A stretch of DNA of 64,000 nucleotides from an uncultured Desulfarculus sp. (GTDB lineage: Bacteria; Desulfobacterota; Desulfarculia; Desulfarculales; Desulfarculaceae). The notes beneath the pieces were generated by a model. That model was given only the letters and a program-made list of their open reading frames with translations, did no database searches and was not told the origin of the DNA. The position numbers and the translations under genes are program-made. How positions within the stretch are numbered: the first letter of the stretch is position 1; the number at the start of each line of letters is the position of its first letter. Of the stretch, positions 30,325 to 39,414 are shown piece by piece. Location: NCBI GenBank assembly GCA_963665125.2, contig CAXXUK010000002.1:288001-352000 (forward strand), given 5' to 3'.

Positions 30325-30603
30325 CTAATACGTTTGCCACACCGTATGGTGAACGAAGCCAAGGTTGCGGAAGTATTCAGTCAAGTGCCTACCCAGAGAT
30401 GTTTTGGCCTTCGGGAGGTTGTCATCGTTCCAAACCAACTGCACGTTCCAGTCTCCGGGTATGTCGCAACTTTGGAATAGAAACGCCTTTTCCGGTGCGT
30501 CCCAACCGGCCGCTCCCTGCTCTACCTCCGAGAATAACAACCGGACCAAGTGCGCCTTTTGGGGCTCGAACAGCCGAACGCTTATCGTTTCTAGCAAAAT
30601 CAT
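30325..30603 (-). CDS. Small hypothetical protein
   Basis: ATGA-coupled to the upstream ORF and co-oriented with the RND genes; ends FGLVHH-like/TVW. Confidence 0.6.
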   Translation of the reverse strand: MILLETISVRLFEPQKAHLVRLLFSEVEQGAAGWDAPEKAFLFQSCDIPGDWNVQLVWNDDNLPKAKTSLGRHLTEYFRNLGFVHHTVWQTY

Positions 30604-30917
30604 CGCGGCTGTTCCGCCCTGTTGGTGGATGCCCGGCGCGGTGAATCGCCGGCATGTCCCGTCTTGGCCAGCAAGGCTCCAAGCCAGCCCGCCAGGCAAT
30701 CCCAGAGGCAAAAACGGATCAGCCAGCCCGCCAAGACCCCGGCGACAATGGAAGCCGTCCAGTCGGAAAGCAAAAGGGCATAGTGACTGAAGGCGTTAAC
30801 GGGTACCTGTTGACCAAGCGGCAACAGATCCTGAAGGAAAAACAGGCTGACGCCAACACCGACCATGACTGAACAGATGGTGCTGATGAACTTAGAAATT
30901 GCCGTGAGCTTTTGCAT
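30600..30917 (-). CDS. Small membrane protein
   Basis: AGGAG RBS and hydrophobic segments; first gene after the sigma-54 promoter. Confidence 0.6.
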   Translation of the reverse strand: MQKLTAISKFISTICSVMVGVGVSLFFLQDLLPLGQQVPVNAFSHYALLLSDWTASIVAGVLAGWLIRFCLWDCLAGWLGALLAKTGHAGDSPRRASTNRAEQPR

Positions 30918-31092
30918 GGTTCGTTGCTCCTGGTTTCTTTGCCGTTACATAAGGCCGGGTCAGACCCCGGATGAGTTTTGTGAGGGCACACAATGCGGCT
31001 GTTGCCGGTCATCCGGGCAGGCAGTGGACGGCCGGCTGTGAGCGTAGACTCACCAGGGGGCTGGCCTAACCTTATGTCGGTTAATCTAGTTA

Positions 31093-31107
31093 GCGAAAAC
31101 TGTGCCA
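31093..31107 (-). promoter_or_regulatory. Sigma-54 promoter of the RND operon
   Basis: Minus strand TGGCAC-AGTTT-TCGC; divergent from the sigma-54 activator gene. Confidence 0.75.
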
Positions 31108-31156
31108 ATAAAAATTAATGCAAATTCAGCATGTTATATATTTAGCCTTGCCGATC

Positions 31157-31223
31157 ATGTCAAATATGATATTTTAAGATATGATATTTGATATTATGCT
31201 TCGGGAAGTGTCATATTTGGCAT
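31157..31223. promoter_or_regulatory. Putative enhancer (UAS) sites for the adjacent activator
   Basis: Related imperfect palindromes ATGTCAAATATGATAT, ATATGATATTTGATAT and GTGTCATATTTGGCAT. Confidence 0.5.
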
Positions 31224-32808
31224 GGAGGCTGACGTGAAGTTTAACGAGCATCATTTTTTTCATGAGGGCACCCTGCGGATATGCAGCAGCCTGGACATCA
31301 ACGAGGCTGCCAAACAATGTTACGAATTCTTGCGGGCATACATGCCCCTGGAAGGCATTGATCTCAATATCTACGAGCCCGAACTGCGCAGTATCCGCAT
31401 AATCGCCCTACATGGCGGGATCTTGAAAAACATGGTGGCCGACCAACTGGTGCCTTTGACGGACGGCAGCATCGACTTTATCGAGGACAAATTGGCCAAT
31501 TTGGAAGAGGTTGATACGGTGGTCGTGGCCAACAGACTCGACGACACGCCGGTGGCCAGGGAGATACAAAAGGGCATCGGACTGACAATGGGCTCATATA
31601 TGGTCTTGCACCTGGTGATCAAGGGCGAAAAGCTGGGCGTGGCGGTGATCTATTCCGGCCGGGAAAACGCCTTCACCAAGAAACACGCGGACATGCTGGC
31701 CCTGTTGCACGATCCTTTTGCCATCGCCCTGTCCAACGCCCTGCGCTACCGCGAGGTGGTACGCCTACAGGAGATGCTTAACGATGACAACCGGTTTCTT
31801 AGGCGCGAGCTGCACCAGATCTCGGGCGACGAGATCGTGGGCCAGAATTTCGGGCTCAGCGAGGTGATGGAGATGGTGCGCCAGGTTTCGGCCCTGGACA
31901 GCAGCGTGCTGCTGTTGGGCGAGACCGGGGTGGGCAAGGAGGTTGTGGCCAATGCCATCCATTATTCTTCGCCGCGTTCATCAGGGCCGCTGGTCAAGGT
32001 CAACTGCGGGGCCATTCCCGAAACCATCATGGACTCGGAGCTGTTCGGCCATGAAAAAGGCGCCTTCACCGGGGCTCTGGCCCGCAAGCGCGGCCGCTTC
32101 GAGCGGGCCAACGGCGGCACGATTTTTCTGGATGAAGTGGCCGAGTTGCCGCCTGCGGCCCAGGTGCGGCTTTTGAGGGTGTTGCAGACCAAGGAAATCG
32201 AGCGGGTGGGCGGCAGCGAGCCGGTCCAGGTTAACGTGCGCATCATCGCCGCCACCCATCGCAACTTGGAGCAAATGGTCAAAGACGGCCGCTTCCGGGG
32301 GGACCTGTGGTTCCGGCTGAACGTGTTTCCCATCACCATTCCGCCGCTGCGCCTGCGCAAGGCAGATATCCCGGCCCTTGTGGCCCATTTCATCGAGCGG
32401 AAAACCAGGCAGATGAACCTGGCTCATACTTTGGTCCCGGCTCCGGGAGCCCTGGAAAAGCTGAAAAACTATGATTGGCCGGGCAATGTGCGGGAGTTGG
32501 AAAACGCAGTGGAGCGGGAGATGATCCGAGCCTATGCCAAGGGCCCCGACCAGCCGCTGACCTTCAGCGATTTTGCCTGGCAGGAGAATGAAGCGCGGAA
32601 CGCGACGCGCGCCGATGCGCCCCCGGCCGGCGAAAAGCCGCTGCCGCTGGAGCTGGTCATCGGGCGGCACATAAAAGAAGTGATGGGCCAGACCGGCGGC
32701 AAGGTCCAGGGCGAAGACGGCGCGGCGGCCCTGTTGGGCCTGCACCCCAGCACCCTCAGGGCCCGCATGCGCAAGCTGGGCATACCCTTTGGCCGGGAGG
32801 CCAATTAG
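31222..32808 (+). CDS. GAF-domain sigma-54-dependent activator (FhlA/NifA-like)
   Basis: GETGVGKE, GAFTGA, FLDEV, WPGNVREL motifs and C-terminal HTH. Confidence 0.95.
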   Translation: MEADVKFNEHHFFHEGTLRICSSLDINEAAKQCYEFLRAYMPLEGIDLNIYEPELRSIRIIALHGGILKNMVADQLVPLTDGSIDFIEDKLANLEEVDTVVVANRLDDTPVAREIQKGIGLTMGSYMVLHLVIKGEKLGVAVIYSGRENAFTKKHADMLALLHDPFAIALSNALRYREVVRLQEMLNDDNRFLRRELHQISGDEIVGQNFGLSEVMEMVRQVSALDSSVLLLGETGVGKEVVANAIHYSSPRSSGPLVKVNCGAIPETIMDSELFGHEKGAFTGALARKRGRFERANGGTIFLDEVAELPPAAQVRLLRVLQTKEIERVGGSEPVQVNVRIIAATHRNLEQMVKDGRFRGDLWFRLNVFPITIPPLRLRKADIPALVAHFIERKTRQMNLAHTLVPAPGALEKLKNYDWPGNVRELENAVEREMIRAYAKGPDQPLTFSDFAWQENEARNATRADAPPAGEKPLPLELVIGRHIKEVMGQTGGKVQGEDGAAALLGLHPSTLRARMRKLGIPFGREAN

Positions 32809-32811
32809 GCC

Positions 32812-33444
32812 TCAAACTTTGGCGTGGACCGCGAACCTGACGTTGTTGGCCGCCGAATGCACGGCGGTGACGCCAAGGGTCTTCAGGCGGCCGGTCCAGA
32901 GGCGGGTTGCCCTGTTTATCCGCTCCTTGAGCACTGAGGTCGCATGGTTTGCCGAAAACGTCTGCAAAGAAGTGGATTCCACCCCGCCCCGGAAGGCCAC
33001 GAAGTGTCTGCCCGCCAGATGGCGCACGGCCCGTGTTCCGGCCAGGTCTTCGACCGCGGCGGCCCGTTCGCCTTCGCTCAGGCCCAGGGCGGGCATTTCC
33101 CGGAGCAGGCCGTTTAGGGTCAGGGCCTCGGCAGTGTCGTAAAATTCTTGTTCAACCATTTGCTTTATGGTCCGGCAGAAGTCTTCCAGCCGGACGGCGA
33201 ACACCGGCGGCAGTTCGCTGCTGACAACCTGCATCAGCATGTAATGGCGTTCGTTGTTCCAGGGCATGCGCGGGTCGTCGCCCAGGGCGTTCATGAGCTT
33301 CTTGCCGCATATGGGGGCCATGTTGGCCAGCTTGGCCGTAAGCGACGGCTCCCAGATGTTTGTCAACCGCAGGCGCTGATAGCCCAGGCCCGCCTGCACC
33401 AATTCCACGAAATGGTCGTGCAGTTTTGTTTGTTGCTGATTCAT
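32812..33444 (-). CDS. Hypothetical protein
   Basis: 210-aa ORF with GGGGG RBS and host-like codon usage; no recognised motif. Confidence 0.6.
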   Translation of the reverse strand: MNQQQTKLHDHFVELVQAGLGYQRLRLTNIWEPSLTAKLANMAPICGKKLMNALGDDPRMPWNNERHYMLMQVVSSELPPVFAVRLEDFCRTIKQMVEQEFYDTAEALTLNGLLREMPALGLSEGERAAAVEDLAGTRAVRHLAGRHFVAFRGGVESTSLQTFSANHATSVLKERINRATRLWTGRLKTLGVTAVHSAANNVRFAVHAKV

Positions 33445-33506
33445 TTTTCCCCCCAAGCTTAATTATAAGAACTATATTTGAATAAGGCGCCGTATCCCTA
33501 AATCGG

Positions 33507-33764
33507 TTATTCACTAATAAATAAACACAATGCTCCAACAAAAAGGACAAGGTGAAAGAATACAAGCGGCATTGATAGCCATATCCACCACATTGGAGAA
33601 TTTTATTCTTTTCTGGTCTTATAAGCCAGAATCAAGAATACGCACCACAGCATTGGGCAGACAAGCAGTTCATACCAAAGAGGGATGCTTATCCATAGCC
33701 ACCGCATATTGCCAAAGGCAAACAATGCGATAAGCCAGGCTGCTATGCCGCAGAGTATGGTCAT
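33507..33764 (-). pseudogene. Immunity-like membrane protein paralog 3 with in-frame TAA
   Basis: MTILCGIAAWLIAL...KTRKE*NSPMWWIWLSMPL...ISE*: homology continues in frame past the stop at 33603-33605. Confidence 0.7.
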
Positions 33765-33777
33765 TGATTCAGCGAAA

Positions 33778-34068
33778 TCATGGGGCGTACCCAAAAAGCA
33801 TTATCGAAATGGTGAAGTAGATAGTTACCAACCAAAAAGAAAAGGCCAAGGGCATTGAAATAAAAATCCAAGGAAAGGATATATGTCCTTTATTGCGCAG
33901 TATGAATGCCGCCACGGAAAGGACCAACCAAAGCAATGGGTAATAATATATGCAAAGGTCCAATGAATATGGGATGTTTGTCAGCCGGTAGGTAATCAAG
34001 GTGAGAAGCCCTACCAGCCATGCGGTTATGATCAGCAGGTCACTTATAATGGTTTTACTGATATTCAT
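33778..34068 (-). CDS. Immunity-like small membrane protein paralog 2 (intact, 96 aa)
   Basis: MNISK...TAWLVGLL...PLLW...WIFISMPL...GYAP; ATGA-coupled to the paralog 1 stop. Confidence 0.72.
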   Translation of the reverse strand: MNISKTIISDLLIITAWLVGLLTLITYRLTNIPYSLDLCIYYYPLLWLVLSVAAFILRNKGHISFPWIFISMPLAFSFWLVTIYFTISIMLFGYAP

Positions 34069-34239
34069 GGCGCAAAACCTGTGATCATGGTTATCCCAAC
34101 AAAGATAATAAATATCCAATAACTTAATGCCAAAGGAACGGATAACCATACCCACAACAATGAATACTTTTTATTTCGACGACATTTGAAAGCAGAGAGC
34201 ACGCAGACGCACCAGGCCAAAGGACCTAACAATATAAAG

Positions 34240-35463
34240 TGTCCTAGTCACTAATTGCGTTGACAGTTTGGCCTTCCGGCAGATGGTTTAGGTTACTACG
34301 CTGCGTCCTCGATTTCTATCCCTTCATGGACATGCTTTTGATACAGTTCCAGGCCGTCGGTAAAGGTCTGAAAAGGGGTGCGCCCCTGGCAATAGCGGCC
34401 CTGATGGGTCCGTTCGGTGTTGTAGTAGGTCATGAAAGCGTCCAGGTCGGCCTGGATTTCATCCAGCGTGCGGGTACAGCTTTTTCCGGAAGGCCACCTC
34501 ATAGAATTCATTTTGGATGGTCTGGTGGAGCCGCTCCACCGCTCCGTTGGTCTGGGGGTGGCGCACCTTGGTTCTGGTGTGCTCGATGTCGTTGAGGTGC
34601 AGAAATAGCTCGTAGGGGTGGCTGTCCTGACGACCGCACAGCTCCGGGCCATTGTCGGTGAGCACCCGGTACACCCTGATGCCGTGGTGGTCGTAAAAGG
34701 GCAGCACCCTGTCGTTGAGCAGGTCGGCGGCGGTCAGGGCCGTCTTTTCACGATAAACCTTGGCAAAACCATGGCTGCCGTGGGTGTCGATGGCCGTTTG
34801 CTGGTAGATGCGGCCTATGCCCTTGATAATGCCCACATAGCAGGTGTCCTGGGCCACCAGAAAGCCTGGATGCGGGCTTTCCACCTCACCGTGGGCCTCT
34901 TTTTCCTGCTTGGCATTCTCCAGGGCCTGGACCTGGGATTCGGTGAGCACCTCAGTGTTTTCCGCCGCCCATTTCTCCAGACGCTTGAGGCGCTGGGCCT
35001 TTAGCGTAAGGTCGTGCCGCTGCCAGATGCTGCGGATGCCTCCGGCGCTGACCTGGATACCGATTTTCTTCAGTTCGTTGGCCACCCTCGTCTGTCCGTG
35101 GGTGGGAAACTGTAAAGAATAATCCAGCACTTTTTGCTCTATCTCGAGGGCCACACGGTTGCCGATCCTGGGCATGCGACGACTCTTCTCCAAGAGCCCT
35201 TCCAGACCTTCCTCATCAATAGCTTGCTTGATGTCGTAATAGTGCTGGCGGCTGATGCCCAGTTTGCGACAGGCCTCGGAGATGTTTCCCAGAGTTTGGC
35301 CCAACTCCAGGATATTGAGCTTGCGGTTGATGATATACTGCGATTGAGTCATGGTCCTTCCTTTCAATTAAGATGCTTCTTTTGGCTTGAACCATCTTAA
35401 CCGGAAGGCCATGGCTCCTTCAGCTAGGACCTTGACCTGTCAACGCTTTTCTCGACCAGGACA
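34240..35463 (-). mobile_element. IS481-family insertion sequence (1224 bp)
   Basis: Terminal IRs TGTCCTAGTCACTAATTGCGTTGACAG / TGTCCTGGTCGAGAAAAGCGTTGACAG with TGT...ACA ends; no target-site duplication seen. Confidence 0.9.
34296..35352 (-). pseudogene. IS481 DDE transposase, frameshifted
   Basis: QDT, TDNG, PQTNGAVER motifs; an extra base at 34472-34474 shifts KKLY/RTLDEIQ...YNTERTHQG. Confidence 0.88.
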
Positions 35464-35525
35464 TGTCAAGTGTAGCCAATGCGATAAGCCAAGCTGCTAT
35501 GCCTAAGATCATAGTCGTCATTTGT

Positions 35526-35948
35526 TTATGATCCTGGAATAATAGGATTCGGAAGTTCAAGATCACCTAATTCGGCCCACCATACCTTAATTTTAAATAT
35601 GTGTAACATTAATTTTGCATATGTTTTTGCTAATTCAGCTTCTTCCGGACTTTTGGGTTGTTTCGGCCATTTAGTGGGGTCGAGCCCAATACTGACAACA
35701 TCGTTTAGTAAAGTCTTGTCGCAATACACTTCCGATCTACGATCGTAACAATAGTCATGTTTCTGACAGATAACATCAAGTGAATCCTCCGGCGTTTTGT
35801 CGTTTATAGGCTTATCATTTGGGTAGCTAGCATCCCTGCCTTCGGTCCATGCTTCGCCGCAATATTTACCATATATGGGCGTCAGGTTTTTCAGATTTCT
35901 TCTAAAGATTAATCCACCAGGCCTCAAGTCTAAGACCTTACCCTCCAT
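35526..35948 (-). CDS. Secretory phospholipase A2-like domain (toxin C-terminus)
   Basis: YGKYCG Ca-loop and PEDSLDVICQKHDYCY catalytic His-Asp motif. Confidence 0.8.
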   Translation of the reverse strand: MEGKVLDLRPGGLIFRRNLKNLTPIYGKYCGEAWTEGRDASYPNDKPINDKTPEDSLDVICQKHDYCYDRRSEVYCDKTLLNDVVSIGLDPTKWPKQPKSPEEAELAKTYAKLMLHIFKIKVWWAELGDLELPNPIIPGS

Positions 35949-35999
35949 ATACGGCTTGATGCATGGGGCCTTTACCGTTTCCTCTGGTTGCGGCGTCTC

Positions 36000-36221
36000 T
36001 CACACAAAATCCTCAAAATCGATTATCTCGATCACCGTGCAACGGCAATTGGGATGCAGCGGCGGCTTGGGCATCTCATCCACGCTCTTTTGGCCCGGCT
36101 TGGGATCATGATAAAACTCCTGAACGTGCAAGGCGGCGCATTGTTTACAGGCCTTGGCCCCGCCCGCGCTGTGCCATTTGTATCCTTTAATTATCTTTTT
36201 ATGCTTTTGCGCCACGGCCAT
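36000..36221 (-). CDS. Mini MuF (phage Mu F-like) motif peptide, in frame with the PLA2 ORF
   Basis: YKW...CKQC...PPLHPNCRC; GGAGG RBS (true start may be GTG 36215); TGA at 36000-36002, then an open frame into PLA2. Confidence 0.75.
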   Translation of the reverse strand: MAVAQKHKKIIKGYKWHSAGGAKACKQCAALHVQEFYHDPKPGQKSVDEMPKPPLHPNCRCTVIEIIDFEDFV

Positions 36222-36324
36222 GCCTCCATGATTTGCGCCGGTTGATCATGACATGGGTATAGCAACGCGTCCGGGCGTGGTCTTGGGAGGTGCTTCGGGA
36301 AAGCGGCGCCGGGATGAAGAAGGG

Positions 36325-36651
36325 CTATTTGCCCCGGCGTTGCTTTTTGGACGACTCGATGTGATCGGGCAGTTCGTTGTTGGGGTCAACGGTGTGCCGG
36401 GCGTGCAGCACCACCTGGCGTACCCTGAAATAATTGATCGAGCCTATTACCTGCACCAGCAAGCCGCCGGCGATAAGCAGCCAGCCCAGCACCTTGATAA
36501 AGTCGTCATCCAAAAATTTGATGAACGCGGCGCCCGTGGCGGCCAGGGCCAGGGCAGTGCGGATGGCGGCCATGAAGGTGCGTTTGTTGGCCAGAGACGT
36601 GCGCTCGGTGCTCATTACATCGCGTAAGAGGGTTTTGGGGTCGGTCTGCAT
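36325..36651 (-). CDS. DUF202/YidH-like membrane protein
   Basis: ERTSLANKRTFMAAIRTAL motif and two TMs. Confidence 0.8.
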   Translation of the reverse strand: MQTDPKTLLRDVMSTERTSLANKRTFMAAIRTALALAATGAAFIKFLDDDFIKVLGWLLIAGGLLVQVIGSINYFRVRQVVLHARHTVDPNNELPDHIESSKKQRRGK

Positions 36652-36823
36652 GGCGGTCCTTTGTTTTATATCTAGAGCAAATAGCATAGCCAAAAAACCT
36701 CCGCCGGTCAAAAGACATGCAATTTTGGTCATATCCATATTCAAGGTTGTGCGGACGGCCAATTGTGTCTAATTTGGCATAGAGGCCCCCGGGGCCCGCG
36801 GAGCCTCCCTGAAAAAAGGAGTA

Positions 36824-37645
36824 ATGACGATGCGAAAACTATGCATGATCATGGCTGCGGTAATGATTTTGGGCCTGGCGGCAACGGCCACTGCGGCAGA
36901 CCGCCTGCGCCTGGCCACCACCACAAGCACAGAGGCCACCGGCCTGTTGGACGTGCTGCTGCCACCCTTTGAACAGGCCGAAAAAATTAAGGTCGACGTG
37001 CTGTCGGTGGGCACGGGCAAGGCCCTGGCCCTGGCCCGGCGTTGCGATGTGGACGTGGTCATGGTCCACGCCCCGGCTCTGGAAAAACAGTTCGTTGACG
37101 AGGGCTACGGCATCGAGCGCGTGCCCCTGATGCACAACTATTTCGTGATCATCGGCCCGGCCGACGATCCGGCGGGCGTAAACGGGGCCAAATCCGCTCC
37201 CGAGGCCCTGGCCCTGATCAAAAAATCCGGCCAAAAATTCCTCTCCAGGGGCGACAACTCTGGCACCAATGTCAAGGAACTGGCCCTGTGGAAGGCCGCC
37301 GGCCAGGAGCCCAAGTGGCCCGGATACCTGGAAGCAGGTCAGGGCATGGGACGGGTGCTGACCATGGCCCAAAACATGAAGGCCTATACCATGAGCGACA
37401 TCGGCACCTACACCAAATACAAGTCACTGGGACGTTTGGACCTGCCGGTGCTGTTCACCGGCGACGATTCACTGAAGAATTTTTACAGCATAATCGTGGT
37501 CAACCCGGCCAAGTGCCCCAAGACGGCCGTAAAACAGGCCGAGGCGTTTCAGGCCTATCTTGTCTCGCCCCAGGGGCAAAAGGTAATCGGCGACTTCAAG
37601 GCGGACGGCAAGCAGTTGTTCTGGCCCAACGCGCTGAAACAGTAG
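36824..37645 (+). CDS. tupA: Tungstate ABC substrate-binding protein
   Basis: ATTTS signature, VGTGKAL, SRGDNSGT, GQGMG motifs. Confidence 0.9.
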   Translation: MTMRKLCMIMAAVMILGLAATATAADRLRLATTTSTEATGLLDVLLPPFEQAEKIKVDVLSVGTGKALALARRCDVDVVMVHAPALEKQFVDEGYGIERVPLMHNYFVIIGPADDPAGVNGAKSAPEALALIKKSGQKFLSRGDNSGTNVKELALWKAAGQEPKWPGYLEAGQGMGRVLTMAQNMKAYTMSDIGTYTKYKSLGRLDLPVLFTGDDSLKNFYSIIVVNPAKCPKTAVKQAEAFQAYLVSPQGQKVIGDFKADGKQLFWPNALKQ

Positions 37646-37675
37646 ATGCCGCTTGATATGGATACGGAGTGAATA

Positions 37676-39394
37676 ATGAAGTTTAAACCAGCTTGTTTGT
37701 TGTTGGCGGCGGCGGTCGCCCTGATGGTGGGCGGCCCGGCAGCCGCCGACGGACCCCAGCCGGTGACGGTCGGCGGTATGGTGGGCCAGACCATACAATT
37801 GGACATGGCCGATCTTGGTCTTTTAACCCAGGCCAAGCTCAAGCTCAACGAGGCCGATGCCAAAGGCGGCAGCATGGGTTCGTTTTTCTGCCAGGGGCCG
37901 CCCCTGCAAAACATCCTCAAGCTGGCGGGCTGGCGCAAACCGGCCGGAGAGTTTCCCAAGAAAGTCGACTTGGCCCTGTTGGTGACGGCCCGCGACGGCA
38001 AGCAGGCCCTGGTCAGTTATGGTGAAATCGTCTTCCGCAATCCCGGCGACGCGGTTCTGGCCGCAAGCGTTACTCCGGTGATGCCCAAGAAACCGGCCGA
38101 AGCCGACCCGGAGCACCTCAAGCAACTGGCCCGCAAGGTCAAGCTGCCCAAGCTGGCCCTGGCCTCGGATTTCAGCCGGGTGCGCAGCCTGGAGGGCGTG
38201 CGCGACATCCAGGTGATGACCCTGCCTCCCAAGCCGTTCAAGGGGCTGCATCATCCGCCCCATTGCCTGGAGGTCAAAATCACCAAGGCCGACGGCAGCG
38301 TCAAGACCCTCAAAAGCCTGGAGAGCATGAACAGGGTTGAGATGACCCTCAAGTGCGTCGGCGAAGGCCGGGGCTGGGAAGGCCTGCGCCGCTTGAGCGG
38401 GGTGCCGCTAAAGGATATCCTGCTGGCCGCCGAGGTAGACCCTTCGCCCACCAAGGGCATCCTGGTAAGCTCGGGCGACGGCTACCGCAGCGTGATTTCC
38501 AGCGGCGAGCTGTTCGGCAGCGACGCCGGAGCCAGGATCATCCTGGCCGACACCCTGGAGGGCAAACCCATTGATCACGGCGGCCGTTTCATGATGGCCG
38601 TGCCCGGCGATCTTTGGGCCGACCGCTGGGTCAAAAGCGTGGCCGAGATACAGGTCGTGGACTACAAACGGCCCGGCAAATTCTATGTCATCGGCATGGG
38701 CTGCGGTGATCCGTCCTTGTTGACCGCCGAGGCCGTATCAGCCCTGGGCATATGCGACGCCTTTGTGGCGCCGGGCGACATTCAGAAGCGTTTCAGCCGC
38801 TATCTCGGCGGCAAGCCCGTGCTGTTCGATCCCATGAAGAGCGGCCGTGGCGAGGCGGCCCAAAAGGCGGTGGGGCAGATCAAGGCCGAAATGGCTCAGG
38901 GCCGCTGCGTGGCGTTCCTGGATTGGGGCGATCCGGCGGTGTATGGGGCCTGGCGCTGGCTGATGCGCCACATGGGCCCCGGCGAAATTGAATTCGTGGC
39001 CGGCATGGGGGCCTTTGGCGCGGGCGCTGCGGCCATTGGCCGCAACATAACCTGCAACGCCATGGTGGAGCTCACCGACGGCCGCAGCGTGCTGGAAGAT
39101 GAGGACCTGGTCCGGATGGCGGCCGCCAAAAACGGCACCATGGCCATCTTCATGGCTGAAAGGCAGATCGACAGGGTCGCGCCTATTTTGGCCAGGCACT
39201 ACAAGCCCGAGACGCCCGCTGCGGTTGTCTGCAAGGCCGGTTTTCGTCCCGGCCAGAGGGTAATCCGCACAACGGTGGGCCAATTGGACCGGCTGGGCCA
39301 ACAAAACCCCGACCAGTGGCTCAGCCTGATTTTCGTGGGGCCGTGTCTCGCCTGGGAAAAGGCCCAGGCCGCCAAGTACAATCCGCAGAAATAA
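37676..39394 (+). CDS. Signal peptide + two Mo-oxidoreductase-like domains + tetrapyrrole methyltransferase fusion
   Basis: GVPLKDIL/SGDGY/RWVKSV (Oxidored_molyb-like); YVIGMGCGDPSLLT, GDPAVYG, PAAVV (TP_methylase). Confidence 0.78.
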   Translation: MKFKPACLLLAAAVALMVGGPAAADGPQPVTVGGMVGQTIQLDMADLGLLTQAKLKLNEADAKGGSMGSFFCQGPPLQNILKLAGWRKPAGEFPKKVDLALLVTARDGKQALVSYGEIVFRNPGDAVLAASVTPVMPKKPAEADPEHLKQLARKVKLPKLALASDFSRVRSLEGVRDIQVMTLPPKPFKGLHHPPHCLEVKITKADGSVKTLKSLESMNRVEMTLKCVGEGRGWEGLRRLSGVPLKDILLAAEVDPSPTKGILVSSGDGYRSVISSGELFGSDAGARIILADTLEGKPIDHGGRFMMAVPGDLWADRWVKSVAEIQVVDYKRPGKFYVIGMGCGDPSLLTAEAVSALGICDAFVAPGDIQKRFSRYLGGKPVLFDPMKSGRGEAAQKAVGQIKAEMAQGRCVAFLDWGDPAVYGAWRWLMRHMGPGEIEFVAGMGAFGAGAAAIGRNITCNAMVELTDGRSVLEDEDLVRMAAAKNGTMAIFMAERQIDRVAPILARHYKPETPAAVVCKAGFRPGQRVIRTTVGQLDRLGQQNPDQWLSLIFVGPCLAWEKAQAAKYNPQK

Positions 39395-39414
39395 TTGACA
39401 CCCCGCCGCCGGAC

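Larger units (their letters stand above)
34065..35521 (-). pseudogene. Immunity-like membrane protein paralog 1, split by IS481
   Basis: 5' part 35521-35464 (MTTMILGIAAWLIALATLD) and 3' part 34239-34065 (FILLGPLAW...WLSVPL...GFAP*). Confidence 0.75.

Noticed and set aside
33778..34155. 125-aa version of the membrane ORF
   Set aside because: The upstream extension overlaps the 3' half of paralog 1 in another frame; the ATGA-coupled start at 34068 is better supported.
36000..36002. Selenocysteine codon
   Set aside because: No convincing SECIS stem-loop downstream, and the position is in a linker rather than a redox motif; a nonsense mutation is simpler.
35526..36221. Prophage
   Set aside because: No terminase, portal, capsid, tail or integrase gene in the window.
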